From positions 806,001 to 870,000 of the forward strand of contig CP142733.1 of the NCBI GenBank assembly GCA_036630325.1: a DNA stretch of 64,000 nucleotides. The letters run 5' to 3'. The stretch comes from Vairimorpha necatrix. Its lineage: Eukaryota. Shown here piece after piece: positions 33,657 through 47,790 of this stretch. The notes beneath the pieces were generated by a model. The model was not told the DNA's origin. It saw nothing but the letters and a program-made list of their open reading frames with translations, and ran no database searches. How positions within the stretch are numbered: position 1 is the first letter of the stretch; each line of letters starts with the position of its first letter. Both the position numbers and the translations under genes were made by a program.

Positions 33657-35739
33657 AAAATGAGTAGTTTTATAGAGAATACATTCTTTAAAATTGAATA
33701 TTTTTTACAAATCTATTTGCTTTGGAATTTTAAATACTACAGGATAGCAGTAATTTGAGAGCTTTGGCTTGAACTTCATTTTGGACCTATAAAAAATAAA
33801 TTGAACACTTCATGGGGTATTTTGATTTCACCAACGGTTGAATGTCTGTGGTAGTGAATAAAATTAGATATTAGTCCAGATAGTTTTGAAAAAATAAATT
33901 AATATAAATGTAGGATTAAAGCTTCATAGATTCGGTATATATTTAGCATCCCAATATTTGGGCAAGATGGAATCATTTTTTACCATGCTTCCGGTATTGA
34001 CAATAAATCTTTGATGTTTTGACAAGACTTATTTATATGAATGATATTGTTTATCAGATTTTTTAGACTGAATGTAAATGACTCTACTAGTAGACTTTCC
34101 GAGGCATCGTCTCAAGGTAGAACTTTTTTAGGTATATTTATTAATAAAAAAGTTGAAAGAACTATTCTTTGATAAATTTGATATAAGAAATACTATAAGT
34201 AATTTTCTTAAAACAGTAGAAGCACCGCATTTTTGATTCATTTTATCAAATATAATAACTTAAGAAGTAATTATCACCTGTATTAACCTAGAGTTTCAAC
34301 TGATTCGGATTTTTACATCTTGACAACTTAAAAACAATTTTGCATTAATCTTCCGACTGTTTCGAAATAAGAACTTTTCTTATTACTTGTATAAAAGATT
34401 TATTTTTAATTTATTACTTGAAAACATCATAAATGAAAGTATACGATTATTTATTTTTAATTAATAAAAAATATTATTAAAATTAATTATACGTTCTACA
34501 ATAGAGCAATTTTATATTATCAATTACTTTTGGTGGGTATTATTAAACTACACCAACACAATAAACGTTTTGTGAAGTTTAATATATCTTAAATTTGCCT
34601 TTTAATGCTCGTAAGGAATCTTTGCTCTTAAGACTTTATGGACTGGCACATAAGAATTTATTGTTGTACGTAGACCGGTCTATATGAAAGTATTAAAAAT
34701 AGATAAATAATTTGCAGCTATATGGGAAGTTTTAAAGGAAGTCAAGATAACTAAAGTTATCATTAAATTTTTTCTTCAGTATACACTTTTAACTTTTCAA
34801 AAACAAACTATATACGTCCTCGGTATAAGCACTATTTCACTATAATCTGTACATTTGTCTTGTTTTACTAGATAACTTGTTGCTTTATGTAATATTAATA
34901 TATTTTGATACATTATCGAGAGTTTTAGATTACCATTAGCTTGAAATTTTTTTTTTAATAGACCAAGACAAAAAAAACTTTTTTGATGGGAAAAAAAATA
35001 ATTTGCTGCGAGGAATACGAAAAGTACTGAAATTTCGACATAAAGTCAAAAATTTCGTTTAAAATATTTCTTTAAATAGCTTAAGTAAGATTTAGAACTT
35101 GTAAAATGAGGTACTGAGTCATGACGCCGTGCCTTTGTGTATCTTGGTAAATACCAAAAAAAATTATACCCAATGAACTGACTGTACACTTCGATTAAAG
35201 CCTATTTATAGATATCTTATATTTCTAATATTAGTTACCACCGATTACATGGTCATAATAAGTTATAAATTTATCATTGTCTTTATATAAATCTTAATTT
35301 TTTACGAAGATGCACTGGTAAATTTCATGGCGGCTATCTTCGATCGGGGTTCAATTCGAATACTTTTTTAATATATTTTATTATTTCTAAAGAAATATAT
35401 CAATCCAGTGAGTTATAGATACTAGTTAATTATAGCCATTTATAATAATAATGTACATAAATAAACTATTTTGAGGATTAACAAATGAAAAATATATGAT
35501 TTTACAATACTTAAAAAATGCTAAGGTGGGATTATAATGAATTTTTTTAATCATAAAAAACAAAAAAAAAATTATTCTTTGTTGTATTTATTTTATATTA
35601 TATTAATGCCCGAATGAGAAAGAGTTAATAGAATATAAATTACTTATCATGATTAAAAAATATATGTTAAAAAAAAATAATTTCCAAAATGTATAGGCAC
35701 AAAAAATAAATAATTATATTTTATATATATCATAATTTA

Positions 35740-36050
35740 AATATATGGTTTTTAAACAGAAGAATTACTCACATAATCTTTTGGGACGGTATAGTGACTA
35801 AGTTTCACAAATCTTATACCATAAGACTTGAAATCCCATATAAGGTAGAAGCGTACATCCAGATGATCACGCTAAAGAAGACGCTAGAGAGCATTTCTCT
35901 GGACTACCGAAAAAGAGGAGACGAAGCCTACGTGGAAAACACTATGGAGACGAGAGGCCACCTACAAGCAGAAGACGCCAACTCGGAACTTTTCCTTGTT
36001 AAACAAAAAATATAAATTACAATAACAAAAGCCCAATTAAATTTATTTAA
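35740..36050 (+). mobile_element. RLE non-LTR 3' fragment (subfamily B)
   Basis: WDGIVTKFHKSY..RLEIP.KVEAYIQMITLKKTLESISLDYR; near-identical to 47170-47437. Confidence 0.8.
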
Positions 36051-36223
36051 TCATAATTCAGAAAATGAAAAATAAAAGCCTAATATGAAAAAGATGTGGG
36101 ATATTGATCTTTAAGCAGACTTGTTGGCAAACTTAAAAATAATGATGTGAAATTTATATTATATTAATGAAATTATACAAAACTAATTATTGATATTATT
36201 GTAAACAATTCTATACATCATAG

Positions 36224-39200
36224 TGTTATTTTTTTTACATGAGAGTTACTAGCCCAACATCTCCTCCACAGAACGGTTAGTCTTACTCCCTACAATTGCT
36301 TTGAGATCATAATGTCTCTTTTCAATAATTTTCTTATCCTCGGTATATACTAGGTAGGAATCAAACCACAAATTTCTTCAATATCGCCTTTTCTTTCGAA
36401 TCTACCACTATCCTGTTTGCTAAAATTACAAAATTTTCTCTCTTAGCAATCCTTAGAGCTAGCCTACTAAAAACTTTTTTTTGCCATTTTAATAAATTTC
36501 TTGGCAAAATCACGAGAGTTTTCCTACTTTACCTCTACATCAATATTTCCTTCGCAACAGCCTCTAAGGGAGTACACTTAAGTCGACTATGATACGTACT
36601 ATTATAAAACACCGTTGTCTTATTCACCGCAGCTTCAACGTAATTAGTACGCTGCTTAAACACGCCTTCCCGTATAGTTCTTATCGCCCCTTAGACCCAG
36701 CCGTTGCTTCTATGCTAACAAGCTTATGCTTGATCTTGTTTATAAAACACCACTTCCTAAAGTCTTCGCCTAAAAACTCTTTGGCGTTATCGCTTACAAT
36801 CACTTCGGGGATACCTCCTTCTTAAGCCAAGTCTCAAAAGCACTAATAATCATATTTGTACTTTTATCTTTTACAACACTGGCATACAAATATCGAGGAA
36901 ACATTCAATTATTATCAACCCCGATTTTCTAGGTTCAACAATCTCCATGATATCGGATAACAATTTTCTCGCCTTTAAACTCGATAAAACAAATTCAACA
37001 CCATCCTTATTCTTTATATTTATTATCTGACATATCATATGGCTCTCATTCCCTATATTTACTAATCTCACATTTCCGGCCAATAATAATGTTTCTTGAG
37101 GTCATAATCTGTTTCTTTACCCCCTCTGTGGTTTAACCATGTATGTCCTTTACTATTTTTGATCTCGCTTTTAATTTCGGGATTTCCATATGTAATCCCT
37201 TATCAAATTCCCAAAACTCTTTATTATCTTTGATCACTGTATGTTTTTCAATTTTTTCTTTCATTTCTGCAGTAACTTTTTCTTTAATCTATTATTCATT
37301 TTTATCTTTCTCATCCTGAAATTGTCTACTTTAAGCATTCGCATCTGCCATATTTTACCTTTTACATATTGTACGGTGAAGTCATACTCCTGTATCCTTT
37401 TAATTGTCGATTTACTCTGTTATTATTAAATAAAATGTTTGTTCCTGATTTCTTTTAAGGCTTAATGGTTCGTCATTAATTCGAATTTGCATTCTCTCAA
37501 TTTGTATGAAAAATTTTCTATGCCCCATACAACCGCTAACATTTCGTTTTCCGTGTAACATATCTTCAATCTGTTGGAGTCAATTTTTTCGAGCCCATTG
37601 TATAACATCCACTTTCCTTTTTTTATTCTTCTGTAAAAGCACTGCTTCCAGGCCAGATCCGACGCATTCGTACGTAACCTAAATTCCTTACGGTAGATCG
37701 GTATCTTAAGAGTCTGTAAATTGCTGAACTTATATTTTACTATACTAAATTCTTCTTCCATTATGATTAACAACTTCTATTTTTTACTCGTTTTATGTGC
37801 CTCAAATAAGTTTAATGTACTCGTATCAAAATTGTTAATAAATTTTCTAATACAGCCTGCTAATCCCAAAAATCCTTGCAACTCTTTTATGCATACGGCC
37901 GCCTATATAGCGCTTCATTTCTTGTTAACTCTGAAGAATTTTATATACTACCAACTATTGACACACCAATAAATAAACTTAACTTATGCTATGTTATTTT
38001 TTTGTAGGATTACCTTTAGACATGCTTTTGAAACTTTTTTATTACACCCAAAAATAACTCATCGTATCGCTCACCATCTTTAGCGTGGATAACTATATTG
38101 TCTAGGTATATTTCAACACCTTTTCCTCTAAATTCTTCTAAAATCCCATTCGTTGTTTTCTGCATTACCTGTGATGCGTTCATAAATCCCATCACCATGC
38201 TGATCCACTCGTACACATTCGCATCAAATAAAAAAATGTTTTATATTTGTGTTTCTATTCAATAGCTATGTATTAAAAAACTTCTTTAAGATCAATCACA
38301 CTAAATATCGATGATCCTTGAGTCGCTTGAAAAATGTCTCTTATAGTAGGTAACTCATAAGGGTCTAATTCAACCAAATCATTCAACCCCATAAGATTGC
38401 TTTTAATTCGTATCCCACCATAATCAGGCGTCTCAATCGTTCGTATCGGATCTATCCGATCTAAATTAGATCTCCTTATCACAACTCTGTTTTCTAAATT
38501 TATAAGTATCTCCTCGGCTCTTCTTTTGCACTTTTAAAAAATATTAAACCTCTTCTCAATACTTTTGCTCCATTAAGTGTCCTTATAAAACATCTTAACT
38601 TTGTCCCAATGTTATCTTCCCTCCGATTGTTTTAAACGTCTGCAGACTAAAAATTTTCTCTAATTGTAAAAACTATTATCTCTTTAAGTATTAAGTAAGA
38701 ACTCATTACACTTTTTAATCACATACTCATTTATCTTGACTACATAATTAAACTTCTTGTTACTATTATCAATTATAATGGCTGCTCATATCCTTCATGT
38801 CTAGCAATCTCCTTGTATTTTATCTTCCATTCAAGTTTGGTATTCGTAATTTATAGGCATTCATTATCCTAAATTACCTTATTTACCACATTATTTTACA
38901 AATACTAAAACAATAAATTTTTATTCTGATTTTCCCCTTCTTACTAATATGAACGATTCATACAGCTACTAGCTATATTTTCTACTATTCTACATACGAA
39001 ACATAGACTTAATTCTCTTCTTTGATATTGATAATGTTTTTCTGTATTGCCACTCTTCTGATCAGTTCCTCTTATATCTCATTTCTGAAGTTTTTTTTGA
39101 ACACACGCTAACTATTATAATTTTTTCTTCTTTATTTTTTTTTTCTCTTTGTCATTTTTAACTAACTTTTCATTTTCAAAATTTATTTCATTCCAATTTT

Positions 39201-39432
39201 TTTAAATTTCCTGAATTTTCTTCAATGATCAGATCCTGTAGTTCGACATTTGTTTGTCATAATGCCTGTTTTAAAAACTTCTGCAATCTTAATTCATTCT
39301 AATCATTGCAGCTATTCTTTTGGTCTCTTTATAAAGCTTTATGGCCTTCTGACCACGGGTCTCGCTTGTTGCCCCATTTACTCTTGTGTTCGCCATGTTA
39401 GTCTTTTATTCATGAGGGATTCCAACTCAACA
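36224..39432 (-). mobile_element. Full-length but decayed compact Gypsy element (3.2 kb) with 36/37-bp LTRs
   Basis: 5' LTR 39396-39432 and 3' LTR 36224-36259 (both TGTT...AACA); PPT GGAGGAGA; flanks ATAG/TTAG; frameshifted RT (SNLMGLNDLVELDPYEL, YLDNIVIHA), RNase H and integrase (IPEVIVSDNAKEF). Confidence 0.85.
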
Positions 39433-39508
39433 TTAGTGAATTTCCGTGTTTATGAAGCAAAAAATCTTACTGATGTAAAAAGAGTAAATTTAATCAAAAA
39501 TATTAGTA

Positions 39509-40102
39509 CATGACCGTTTGGAACCCGCTTTGGAAATTTAAAAGACCCCCTTTCAAAATTGGCAAAAGCAAATTTTGTTGAGGCAGATGAGCTTTGTAGT
39601 GATTAAATGAATTTAAACATTGAAAAAACGAATGTAAATATTTGAAACATTTGATTCTGAGTTGGCGTGCGCCTTGCTCGTTTCTAAACTAGTAAAAATA
39701 CTGTTTTTTTCTTAGGTAATAAAAGATAATGAATAACCTGTATCTATGATCACTAATAATGGGTAGCATATGAGGTCACATTAGACATGCAAATAGATAA
39801 AGCACAAGACTGTGAATCACTCCATCATTGCTGTATACCCTGGCGATTCTGAGACACAATACCAAATAATTTAAATGGATTTTGCTCATTATTAAATTAT
39901 ATATTCGATCTAGACATGGAATAAACCAGGACGAACACTATGAGTACGTTTTAAAGAACCTCGGGGCTTTCCAAATCCTCAAAAATCGACGTATAAATCG
40001 TATTCTTTCATTATTTAAAATAAATCGTTATTTTTCTTTTTTTAAGATTTTTTCCTTTTTTAAAGCGGATTCATTTTCCTAAGCGGGATCACGACGGTCC
40101 TG
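39509..40102. mobile_element. Non-autonomous TIR element, uninterrupted copy
   Basis: TA|CATGACCGTTTGGAACCCGC ... GCGGGATCACGACGGTCCTG|TA; body homologous to 27761-28287. Confidence 0.75.
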
Positions 40103-40196
40103 TACAAGAATATTTTTAAAATTATTATATATAAGTCATAAACAATATCTGAAATGATCAAATAAAACCTATACTTATTGGTTTTGTGAGCATCAT

Positions 40197-40411
40197 TGTC
40201 TAAGGTCAGATTTTTAGTGCTCAAATGGCCCTGTAGATTAAAGAATACTATTCCACAACTATGCTCCTCATTCTTTTTTAATCTTTTTGGAGGGAAATGT
40301 ATAATATTTTTCCTCCGACAAACATAAAAGAAACAAATATCCGAAGAATATAAAGGATAATAAAAATTAAGCCGTAAACATTTTAACTTACTGATAAAAA
40401 CTATCAGTGAA
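40197..40411 (+). mobile_element. Diverged solo LTR related to 1382-1605
   Basis: TGTC start; shared blocks CCCTG.AGAT, TTTTTGGAGGGAAAT, ATATTTT.CC, ATAATAAAAAT and the terminal CTGAT/ATCAG hairpin. Confidence 0.7.
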
Positions 40412-41180
40412 AAATAAAAATTAGTCAAGGTTTTTTTTTGGAGTTATATAAACGTTTTTTGACTCTCAATAATGTATTGCGAGCTACTTTCTGGCCGCTA
40501 TACTTGTTAAAAAGATATTAATCTTTAAATTTTTTTTTAATTTTTTTTTTCATGCCTCCGTTAAGTCTGACAATTCATCCCTTTATGTACATTTTTATAA
40601 GTTCAAACTTACTATTTATTGGAGCGAAAGTTTGTTTTTATGCAGATTTTCATATTATTAATTATATCCTGAATAAACATTTCATTTGTCATCATTTATT
40701 TGTTCAGGATGACATATTTGTTTACGTCCATAGCCTGGATGTAATTGATATATAGCGTTCGGTATTCGGTCCTGTTTAAATGTGAGAGGTACAGGGATGT
40801 CGTCTTGCAAAGTAAAATTACAAAATTATTAATATTCAATTTTTTATCAATTTAATAATATTCATATAATCTTTGTTGGAGTGTGTATTTTTGTAAATTC
40901 TTTTTTGTTTAAAAAAACTTAAGTATAGTGTAAATCATTTTGTTTGTTTTATTGATATTAATTGAAATTTAATTGTTAAATACACACTTTAACGTAAGAA
41001 TTGTTTGATGCACTTATACCCCGTTGTAAGTATAAAAACTTCCTTTTAGTTGTAAATGTATTTGATAATTAGCAAAAAAGAAAACTGATATTAACAACTT
41101 AAAAAATTGAATAATATGCAGCGTTTATACTCTTAGATAAAGCGCAATAAAAATAAAAGTCGTAATGTTGTAAAAATTTA

Positions 41181-42287
41181 TTAAATATTATTCCAATAAT
41201 ATCCCAAAACACACCCTAATCCTAAAATTGCGATATTATACATAATATTGAAAAAATAATTATTCATTTTCTGCTTACATATATTATTTTCGGATTCACT
41301 ATTTGAAGAAGATTCATTTTCACTCAAAAATGTGCTATTGTCTGAGTTTTCATTTATCTCATTATCTTTTTTTTGGGCGCGATCTTCTATTTCGTCTTCA
41401 TTTATTATTTCTGTGTTTTTTAAACCTTTTTCGAGGGTATTCAGGATTTCACTTTTCGTAAATTTACTTATTTTTGTTTCTTCGTCGTCAATTATAAAAT
41501 CTTTTTTATATTTATCACAAGCTTTTACGTAACATTGGTCTATCATCTTGTTTTTTGGCCGAGTGTTAACGTGTTCTTTTGCCATAATATCAAAGATATC
41601 ATTTTCTAGTGATGTATTTGTATTTTCAGTTTTATTTATAATAACATCATCCACAAAACTCCCATTATTTGCTATAATTTGATTAGATATTTCTTCTTTA
41701 TATTCTCCGAGGTCAGTTTGTATATTTTCTGTATTACAAATACTGTTTAACCCTTTAATAGTCATATTATAATCATTTTCATTCATACTAAAACATTCCT
41801 TCTCTTTAAAAGATAACCTATCGCAAATTAAATCATTATCAAACAAATATGATTCACTACATCCTATTGAAAGGATATGTATCTCTTTTTTATAGCAAAC
41901 CATCTCAAAAAAAAAGTTCCAGTTTGCTGCTATATTAAACCTGCATTTATAATACTTTATACAATTAATAAAATCATGACGTAACCTTTTATCTTTAATA
42001 GCAAAGGCTAGTTTCCTGATATCTACGCTTTCTTTCTTCTCTGTCCTTTCTAAATGAATACCTTTAATAAAAGTAGATTCAAAAATGTTTTCAATTTCAG
42101 ATAGTGGAGTATTTTTTGAGGAAGGTGAGCATACATCACTAAATAGAAAAAAATCAAACTTATTAAATTTGACAGCCTCAGCCGAAACACCTATGTAACC
42201 ATCACAAAAATCATCGCCATCGTAATTCACAAATAAAATTAATTCGCAATAACTTATGTGGAAACGCATCAGAAAATTCAAAAACAT
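41181..42287 (-). CDS. Putative membrane-anchored protein
   Basis: Likely start CCC-ATG at 42287 (MFLNFLMRFHISYC); acidic S/N-rich linker; C-terminal hydrophobic IAILGLGCVLGYYW. Confidence 0.8.
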   Translation of the reverse strand: MFLNFLMRFHISYCELILFVNYDGDDFCDGYIGVSAEAVKFNKFDFFLFSDVCSPSSKNTPLSEIENIFESTFIKGIHLERTEKKESVDIRKLAFAIKDKRLRHDFINCIKYYKCRFNIAANWNFFFEMVCYKKEIHILSIGCSESYLFDNDLICDRLSFKEKECFSMNENDYNMTIKGLNSICNTENIQTDLGEYKEEISNQIIANNGSFVDDVIINKTENTNTSLENDIFDIMAKEHVNTRPKNKMIDQCYVKACDKYKKDFIIDDEETKISKFTKSEILNTLEKGLKNTEIINEDEIEDRAQKKDNEINENSDNSTFLSENESSSNSESENNICKQKMNNYFFNIMYNIAILGLGCVLGYYWNNI

Positions 42288-45089
42288 GGGCTCAAAAAGA
42301 TTTCCGATATAAATATAGAAAGCAATATAAGTCATATTTGACATTAATATACATCATGATTTTATACATTCGAAAATTTGACATTAAAGTTACAAGTAAA
42401 AGAATTTGCTCAATGTTCAAATATTGTTTTAATTTATGTGTGAACATTAAAAACAAATACAAGACATAGCCAATTACGCAGGAAAAAAAACATTAGTAAT
42501 TGTTTATTGTTTGTTTCTTAATAAGTAAAGTGTTAAAAATTATAAAGTATCAAAAATTGTTCATTCACTATTTTAATGATGAAATTAATGATATTACAGT
42601 GTACGATTAATTTCAAAGACACCATTAAAATCTCTATAGCTTGATTTAAGCTAGCAATAAGTTTGGAACCAATATTACACCATAAAAACGGCCATAGTCT
42701 AATTTTTTTATAAATGATTATCAGAATTAGCAAATATGTAATCCTTGGTTAAATATATGTAGGTTTAATTTCTGTAGGAATTTTTTAGAACAAGGATCTT
42801 TTCTGATATAATTTAGCTACTATGATTCGATATACTTGCAACTGGGGATACGATTGAATTATATGGTGGTATCTGATGTCCATAAAAGAAAATGTAAAAT
42901 CTTCAAACATGTGTGATTCTTCAAAAAAAGGTTAGAATTTGTTCCCTCAAAAGTCACCAATACTCCTGCAAAATCTTTTACAGCTATATCGATCTAGATT
43001 TGCCATGACATCTTGCAATCCTAAGACAACTAACGTTATAAAGTCAAAAAAACAAAAATACGAGGCTGCATCGGCGAATTTTATGACAATGGTGTTTTAA
43101 CAACAAGAACAATAATTCTTAGAGATTAGTACGACTTACCCCCCCCCTTTACATTTCGAAAGACAGTACCAAATGTTATTATTCGGCTCGAGATATTTTC
43201 AACTAACTAAATATTTATTATTTATATTACTTATGCTCCATTTTAATTATAAATTTCTTATGAGTATATCTTATTAGTGAACATACTTAATGTACTAATA
43301 TTGTTAGTTAAGATTAAAATTTTATTTTAAAAAAATTAACTGTTTTATACAAGACCACTCTATAAAATTTTGAGTGTTTCGGAGAAAGAACGAAAAAAAA
43401 GATATTCAAGAAATATAGATTTTAAAATTTTATATATTTATAATGTTACTATTTAAGTTGTATTAAAGAGAAAACTAGATACGAAAGAGATAACTGATCT
43501 TTTTTATTATTCGAACAAAAATAAAAAATAAAAAATAAAACCTTCTGATAATCTTATTTATTCGTAGTATCATTTTCAACATCATCTTGATGACCTTTTA
43601 ACATATCGATTGAAACAAATTAATGTTCTGAAATAATTTTTTTAGTTTATTACAATGATCGTCAATCATTAAATTTTTTTGATCTACATAAATATTATTA
43701 TATAGCCAAAATACATCGGGGTCAAAATTTTCTTTATACTTTTTTCTTTGACCATAGGGAAATTAGTTATAACATAATTTTATGCTCTTTACGTTCAATT
43801 ATAGTTTTAAGAAACGTTTTACATTATATAAAAGTAATTTTTTTAGAGATTTCTCTTGAGAACGCATTCTCTAATGTGTTAGCAGCTCTGAATCAATAGT
43901 ACAATATGTAAAATCATCCGTTTTATATAAAATGATAATTGTTTATGTTCATTGTATGCCTTACTATCTGTAGAGAAAATGAACACTGTGTAATAATTGG
44001 ATTCAAAAGTATCTAATACACCATTAAATCCAATATAAATAACGAAAAAATCTTTTATTCTATATGGAAATAGCTAACTACCTATATTGGCGTTATATCT
44101 AATATAAACGATATAAATTTCAGCATCGAAAAGCAGAATTTTAAACAAAAAAATATTTTTAAAAATTTTATGATGAAAAATACATATTTGCATATTGTAT
44201 AGGTATGAACAACTTTTTAGTAAATAAAGAAGTCGAATTTGACCTAAAAATTCAAAAAACATTTAAAAAAAAATAATACGCTGCTTTTCTGTATTCACAT
44301 ATTTGTTTAGAAAGGCGCCTATTTAATTGTTTTTATGTGTCGCCGAATACAAAAAGATCACAATACTTTAAATCTAATTACAAAGACGAAGGTTTTTAAA
44401 TGTCTCAACAATACATTTATTACGGAAAATGATAAGAAATTAAAGATAATATTGATTTTGATTTGCAAAAACATTTACATGATAAATATAGATGATAGGG
44501 GAAATGCATGAATACTTCAAATCGTAAAGGATTAGATTATAATTATCAAGAAAGTTTTGTGGAACATTCTTAATATAGAAATAATAATATAAAATAACTC
44601 ATTTGTATCGTATATATGTGCTTAATATCTAGAAAGTAACCGTTTCTGTTGTAATAACACATTGAAATCCTGAACGGCATGCAAGTTAATCGAAAGAGAT
44701 AAAAGTAAAAAAATTAAAATCTTTATAAATCGCGGGTGGAAACTTGACAGTTAGCGCTATTATAATTATGGTTTGAAACAGTAAAATCGCATCTATATAT
44801 ATGATACAAAAAAAAATTCCAAGGGCTAAAAAGATTGCATCCGCGTAAACCGTTATGATACACGATGATAAAAGGTGTGACCATAAATATTTACATTTAA
44901 CAAAATAAAAAGCTTTTTAGATGACAGGCAAGTTTCAAGACGAATCAATATTGATACAACTTAAGTAAAAAAGAATAAACGAATTACACTAAATTTATTA
45001 TATTGTATTCTGATAAATTAAATTCCTTAAACAATAAATTTCGTCGCGGACTAAAAATGTCTTGAGAATAAGTTTAAAAACAAATCAAA

Positions 45090-45207
45090 TGTATTTATTT
45101 TCTATAATAGGGCTCAAAAATATAAGAATATATAACATCCCCCCTCCAAGACGGTTAGTCTCCTACGTCATCATCAACCCTAAGCAGATTTTTTTAGTCA
45201 TAGTGCC
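45090..45207 (-). mobile_element. Gypsy 3' end remnant: integrase tail, PPT and 48-bp LTR
   Basis: RHYD codons, GACTAACCGT motif, PPT GGAGGGGGGA, then TGTTATATATTCTTATATTTTTGAGCCCTATTATAGAAAATAAATACA, matching the LTR at 62218-62266. Confidence 0.8.
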
Positions 45208-45995
45208 TTTTTTTTTCTTGGAAGTAAGAGGTAGGGAGAAACCTTACATAGGGATCAGAGAGATTTGGGTATGAACTTCATCCAACTGGTACTGTATGAT
45301 TCTTAGTCACTAAAACTCCCTCCATACAACTTGCCGGTGCAGCAAGCTCCGCCGTATCCATTGGACTTTGGCTCCAGGAGAACATTTTCCATTTATACCT
45401 CAAATCGCGTCCAGAGTGACCTCACAGCAAATATACATATCAGGCATAGATATCTCTCCCTGTGAGAGACATCATCGTAGTGACTCAAAGGTCCCTACAA
45501 TCATCTGTATTGCACACATGGCTCCTTACACGACCACATCACCAGCCCTCCATTTTTATTGGACTGCGTTGACCACCAGTTTTCCATTAGTTTCGGCCAC
45601 CGTGTTACAGAATTTTGTAGAATAGGTTCCACGAGACCTTCTATTGTCCTACTTCTTCTAGTCTCTAAGTTAGTTCTAGGACCCCACTCTAGAGTGCATC
45701 ATTCATGGGTCGCAACTAGGCCGTACCCGTTAGATACTTTTATGTAACATTAAGTCACAAAAGGGTGGTACTACTTTTTGGCTTTGAGGTGCGTTTCTAC
45801 ATTATACGCTAATCCCCTTGTGGATTGACATACATAAGTTTCATTAAATTAACTTAATGATTATCGTGGACATTTTAATCATCTGAGTTGTTTCAACTGC
45901 ATCTTCCAAAAAGAATCAATTTTGGTGCCCCTGGGAATCGAACCCAGCCATTGCTCAATGGAAGCATTGCATTCTACCACTGTGCTAAGGGCGTC
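45208..45995 (-). mobile_element. tRNA-derived SINE, copy 2
   Basis: Head GCCCTTAGCACAGTGGTAGAATGC...CTGGGTTCGATTCCCAGGGGCACCA (A and B boxes); A9 tail; colinear with 6961-7743. Confidence 0.85.
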
Positions 45996-46284
45996 TCTTG
46001 TTTGTATATGCCTCCATTTTGGTTTTAATTGGAGCTCTTCGATTTGCGCGCGAAAAATTAGTTCTATTTCACACAAGTCATTACGTAAGGAATGTTAATA
46101 GACCAAATAGATAGATGTTTTTTTACTTTTGAGTGTTAGTAATGTGAGTATTCCTTGGTCCTCTCAATATATTTAATAAATATCTACGTCACGGGGTATT
46201 GTGTGGAATATATGTATTTAAGCTTAAATATTTCATATTCGCCGTTATTGCATATCTTATATTGAAAAGTTTCGAAACCATATT

Positions 46285-46730
46285 TGTAGAATATTTGAAC
46301 GTGTATTCCTTAACATAGTGATGGAAAATATTAGTTAATAACAAATGACTGGGTTTAATTTACGACAATCTCAAAAATGTTTTACTTACTAAGATGTTGT
46401 ACTTTCTCATATGATGAATAAACTCGTAAATTTTTCAAGTTGATTTATTAAATTTATGTACACCAGTTTACTGATTTATATTTAGTAATAAATAAAATTT
46501 GTGGTTAGAAATATTGTAGGTTTTATTTTAACCTACTGTATGTTAAGTGCTACAAGATTTGTAAAAGATAATCTCTAGTGCACTTAGGTGTGGGATTCTA
46601 GAGTTAACCAAGAGACTAGTTGAAATAGAAAGATAGCTTAGTCGATACCATTCTACAGGATTTTATAACACGCACGGCCAATACTCATGGGAGACAAGTT
46701 GTAGTAAACGCAGAATAAAAATCACGGTTA
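46285..46730 (+). mobile_element. Old degenerate SINE copy 3 (5' half), inverted relative to copy 2
   Basis: CCTTAACATAGTG...ATGACTGGGTTTAATT resembles the head; AGAGACTAG, ATTCTACA, TAACACG and AACGCAG..AATAAAAAT resemble the body. Confidence 0.6.
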
Positions 46731-47169
46731 TATTATTGCGTATTAAGGTATCAATAGCCTTGGATTACTTATATTTCCTCCATTTCTTCTACTAAAAGTA
46801 AATAATTTTAATCTTAGCAAACTTAGTTGTCCCGAAAGTCCAAAAATAATAAAATATCTGTTTAATCATAATTTGTAAAAAAAACCTACAAATTGATCTA
46901 TCTTTCCAATATCTTATTATAGCAGAAAAGGTAATAATATTTTACAAATTGGTTGGATTAAGATGTTTATATTTATAATTTAGTAAATTGTTAATTTAAA
47001 AATTTTTTGAATTAAATAATTAGAGTAAATTTAAGTTTCTAAGCTCGTGTTCTTAAACATTACTAGGACATACAACATGACGCTCAACCTTTCAAAGTTT
47101 GTGCCAATTACATTTTTTAAATAAATGAATTTGATTAGGGTATGCTTATTGTATTTTATATTTTTAGTT

Positions 47170-47437
47170 TAACAAGGATAGGTTGCGTTAGCGTCTCCTG
47201 CTTGTAGGCGGTTTCTCATCTCCATAGTCCTTTCCACATCGGCATCGCTCCTTTTATTCAGTAGTCCAGAGAAATGCTTTTAGCGTCTTTTTTAGCGTGA
47301 TCATCTGGATGTACGCTTCTACTTTCCTATGGATTTCACGTTTTGTGGTATAAGATTTGTACAACTTAGTCACTATACTGTCCCAAGTTATTACGTAGAG
47401 AATTATTTCTGTTTTAAAACCATATATTAGGCCCAGT
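47170..47437 (-). mobile_element. RLE non-LTR 3' fragment (subfamily B)
   Basis: LGLIYGFKTEIILYVITWDSIVTKLYKSY...KVEAYIQMITLKKTL. Confidence 0.8.
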
Positions 47438-47532
47438 GGCTCTCGAGGACATCATACTTTTTAATTTTCTAGCATTTAAAATTACACCTAACATACATTT
47501 GCATTTTTACTCTTTAATGTGTAAATACAGGG

Positions 47533-47664
47533 GTTTGCATTTATATATTCCCCTGTTTGCGTTTCTATATTCCCCCGTTTGCATTTCTATATTCCCATGT
47601 TTGCATATCTATATTCCCATGTTTGCATATCTATATTCCCATGTTTGCATTACTATATTCCCAT
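47533..47664. repeat. Six tandem 22-bp units GTTTGCATTTCTATATTCCCAT
   Basis: Counted directly; two inverted units at 48713-48756. Confidence 0.9.
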
Positions 47665-47790
47665 AAAAATAAGAAATTTCAATAATTATAAAAAATATTT
47701 ATTAAATAAAATCTTCTCTTGCTCTTGCCTTTTCTATCCAGCCTATCATATTTCTGTAAAACGCAGGACACTCACGGTTATAATCCAAAC

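Larger units (their letters stand above)
32241..33832. mobile_element. Older, decayed copy of the 28517-29124 MITE unit, now split by the Merlin insertion
   Basis: ATTACTAAGCACTTATGA.ATTAAAAATAACAAA at ~32330 and AGTAATTTGAG.GCT...AAAAAATAAA.TGAACAC at ~33690-33810 are colinear with the reverse complement of 28517-29124. Confidence 0.65.

Noticed and set aside
47533-47664. CRISPR-like array
   Set aside because: No spacers and no cas genes; these are transposon subterminal repeats.
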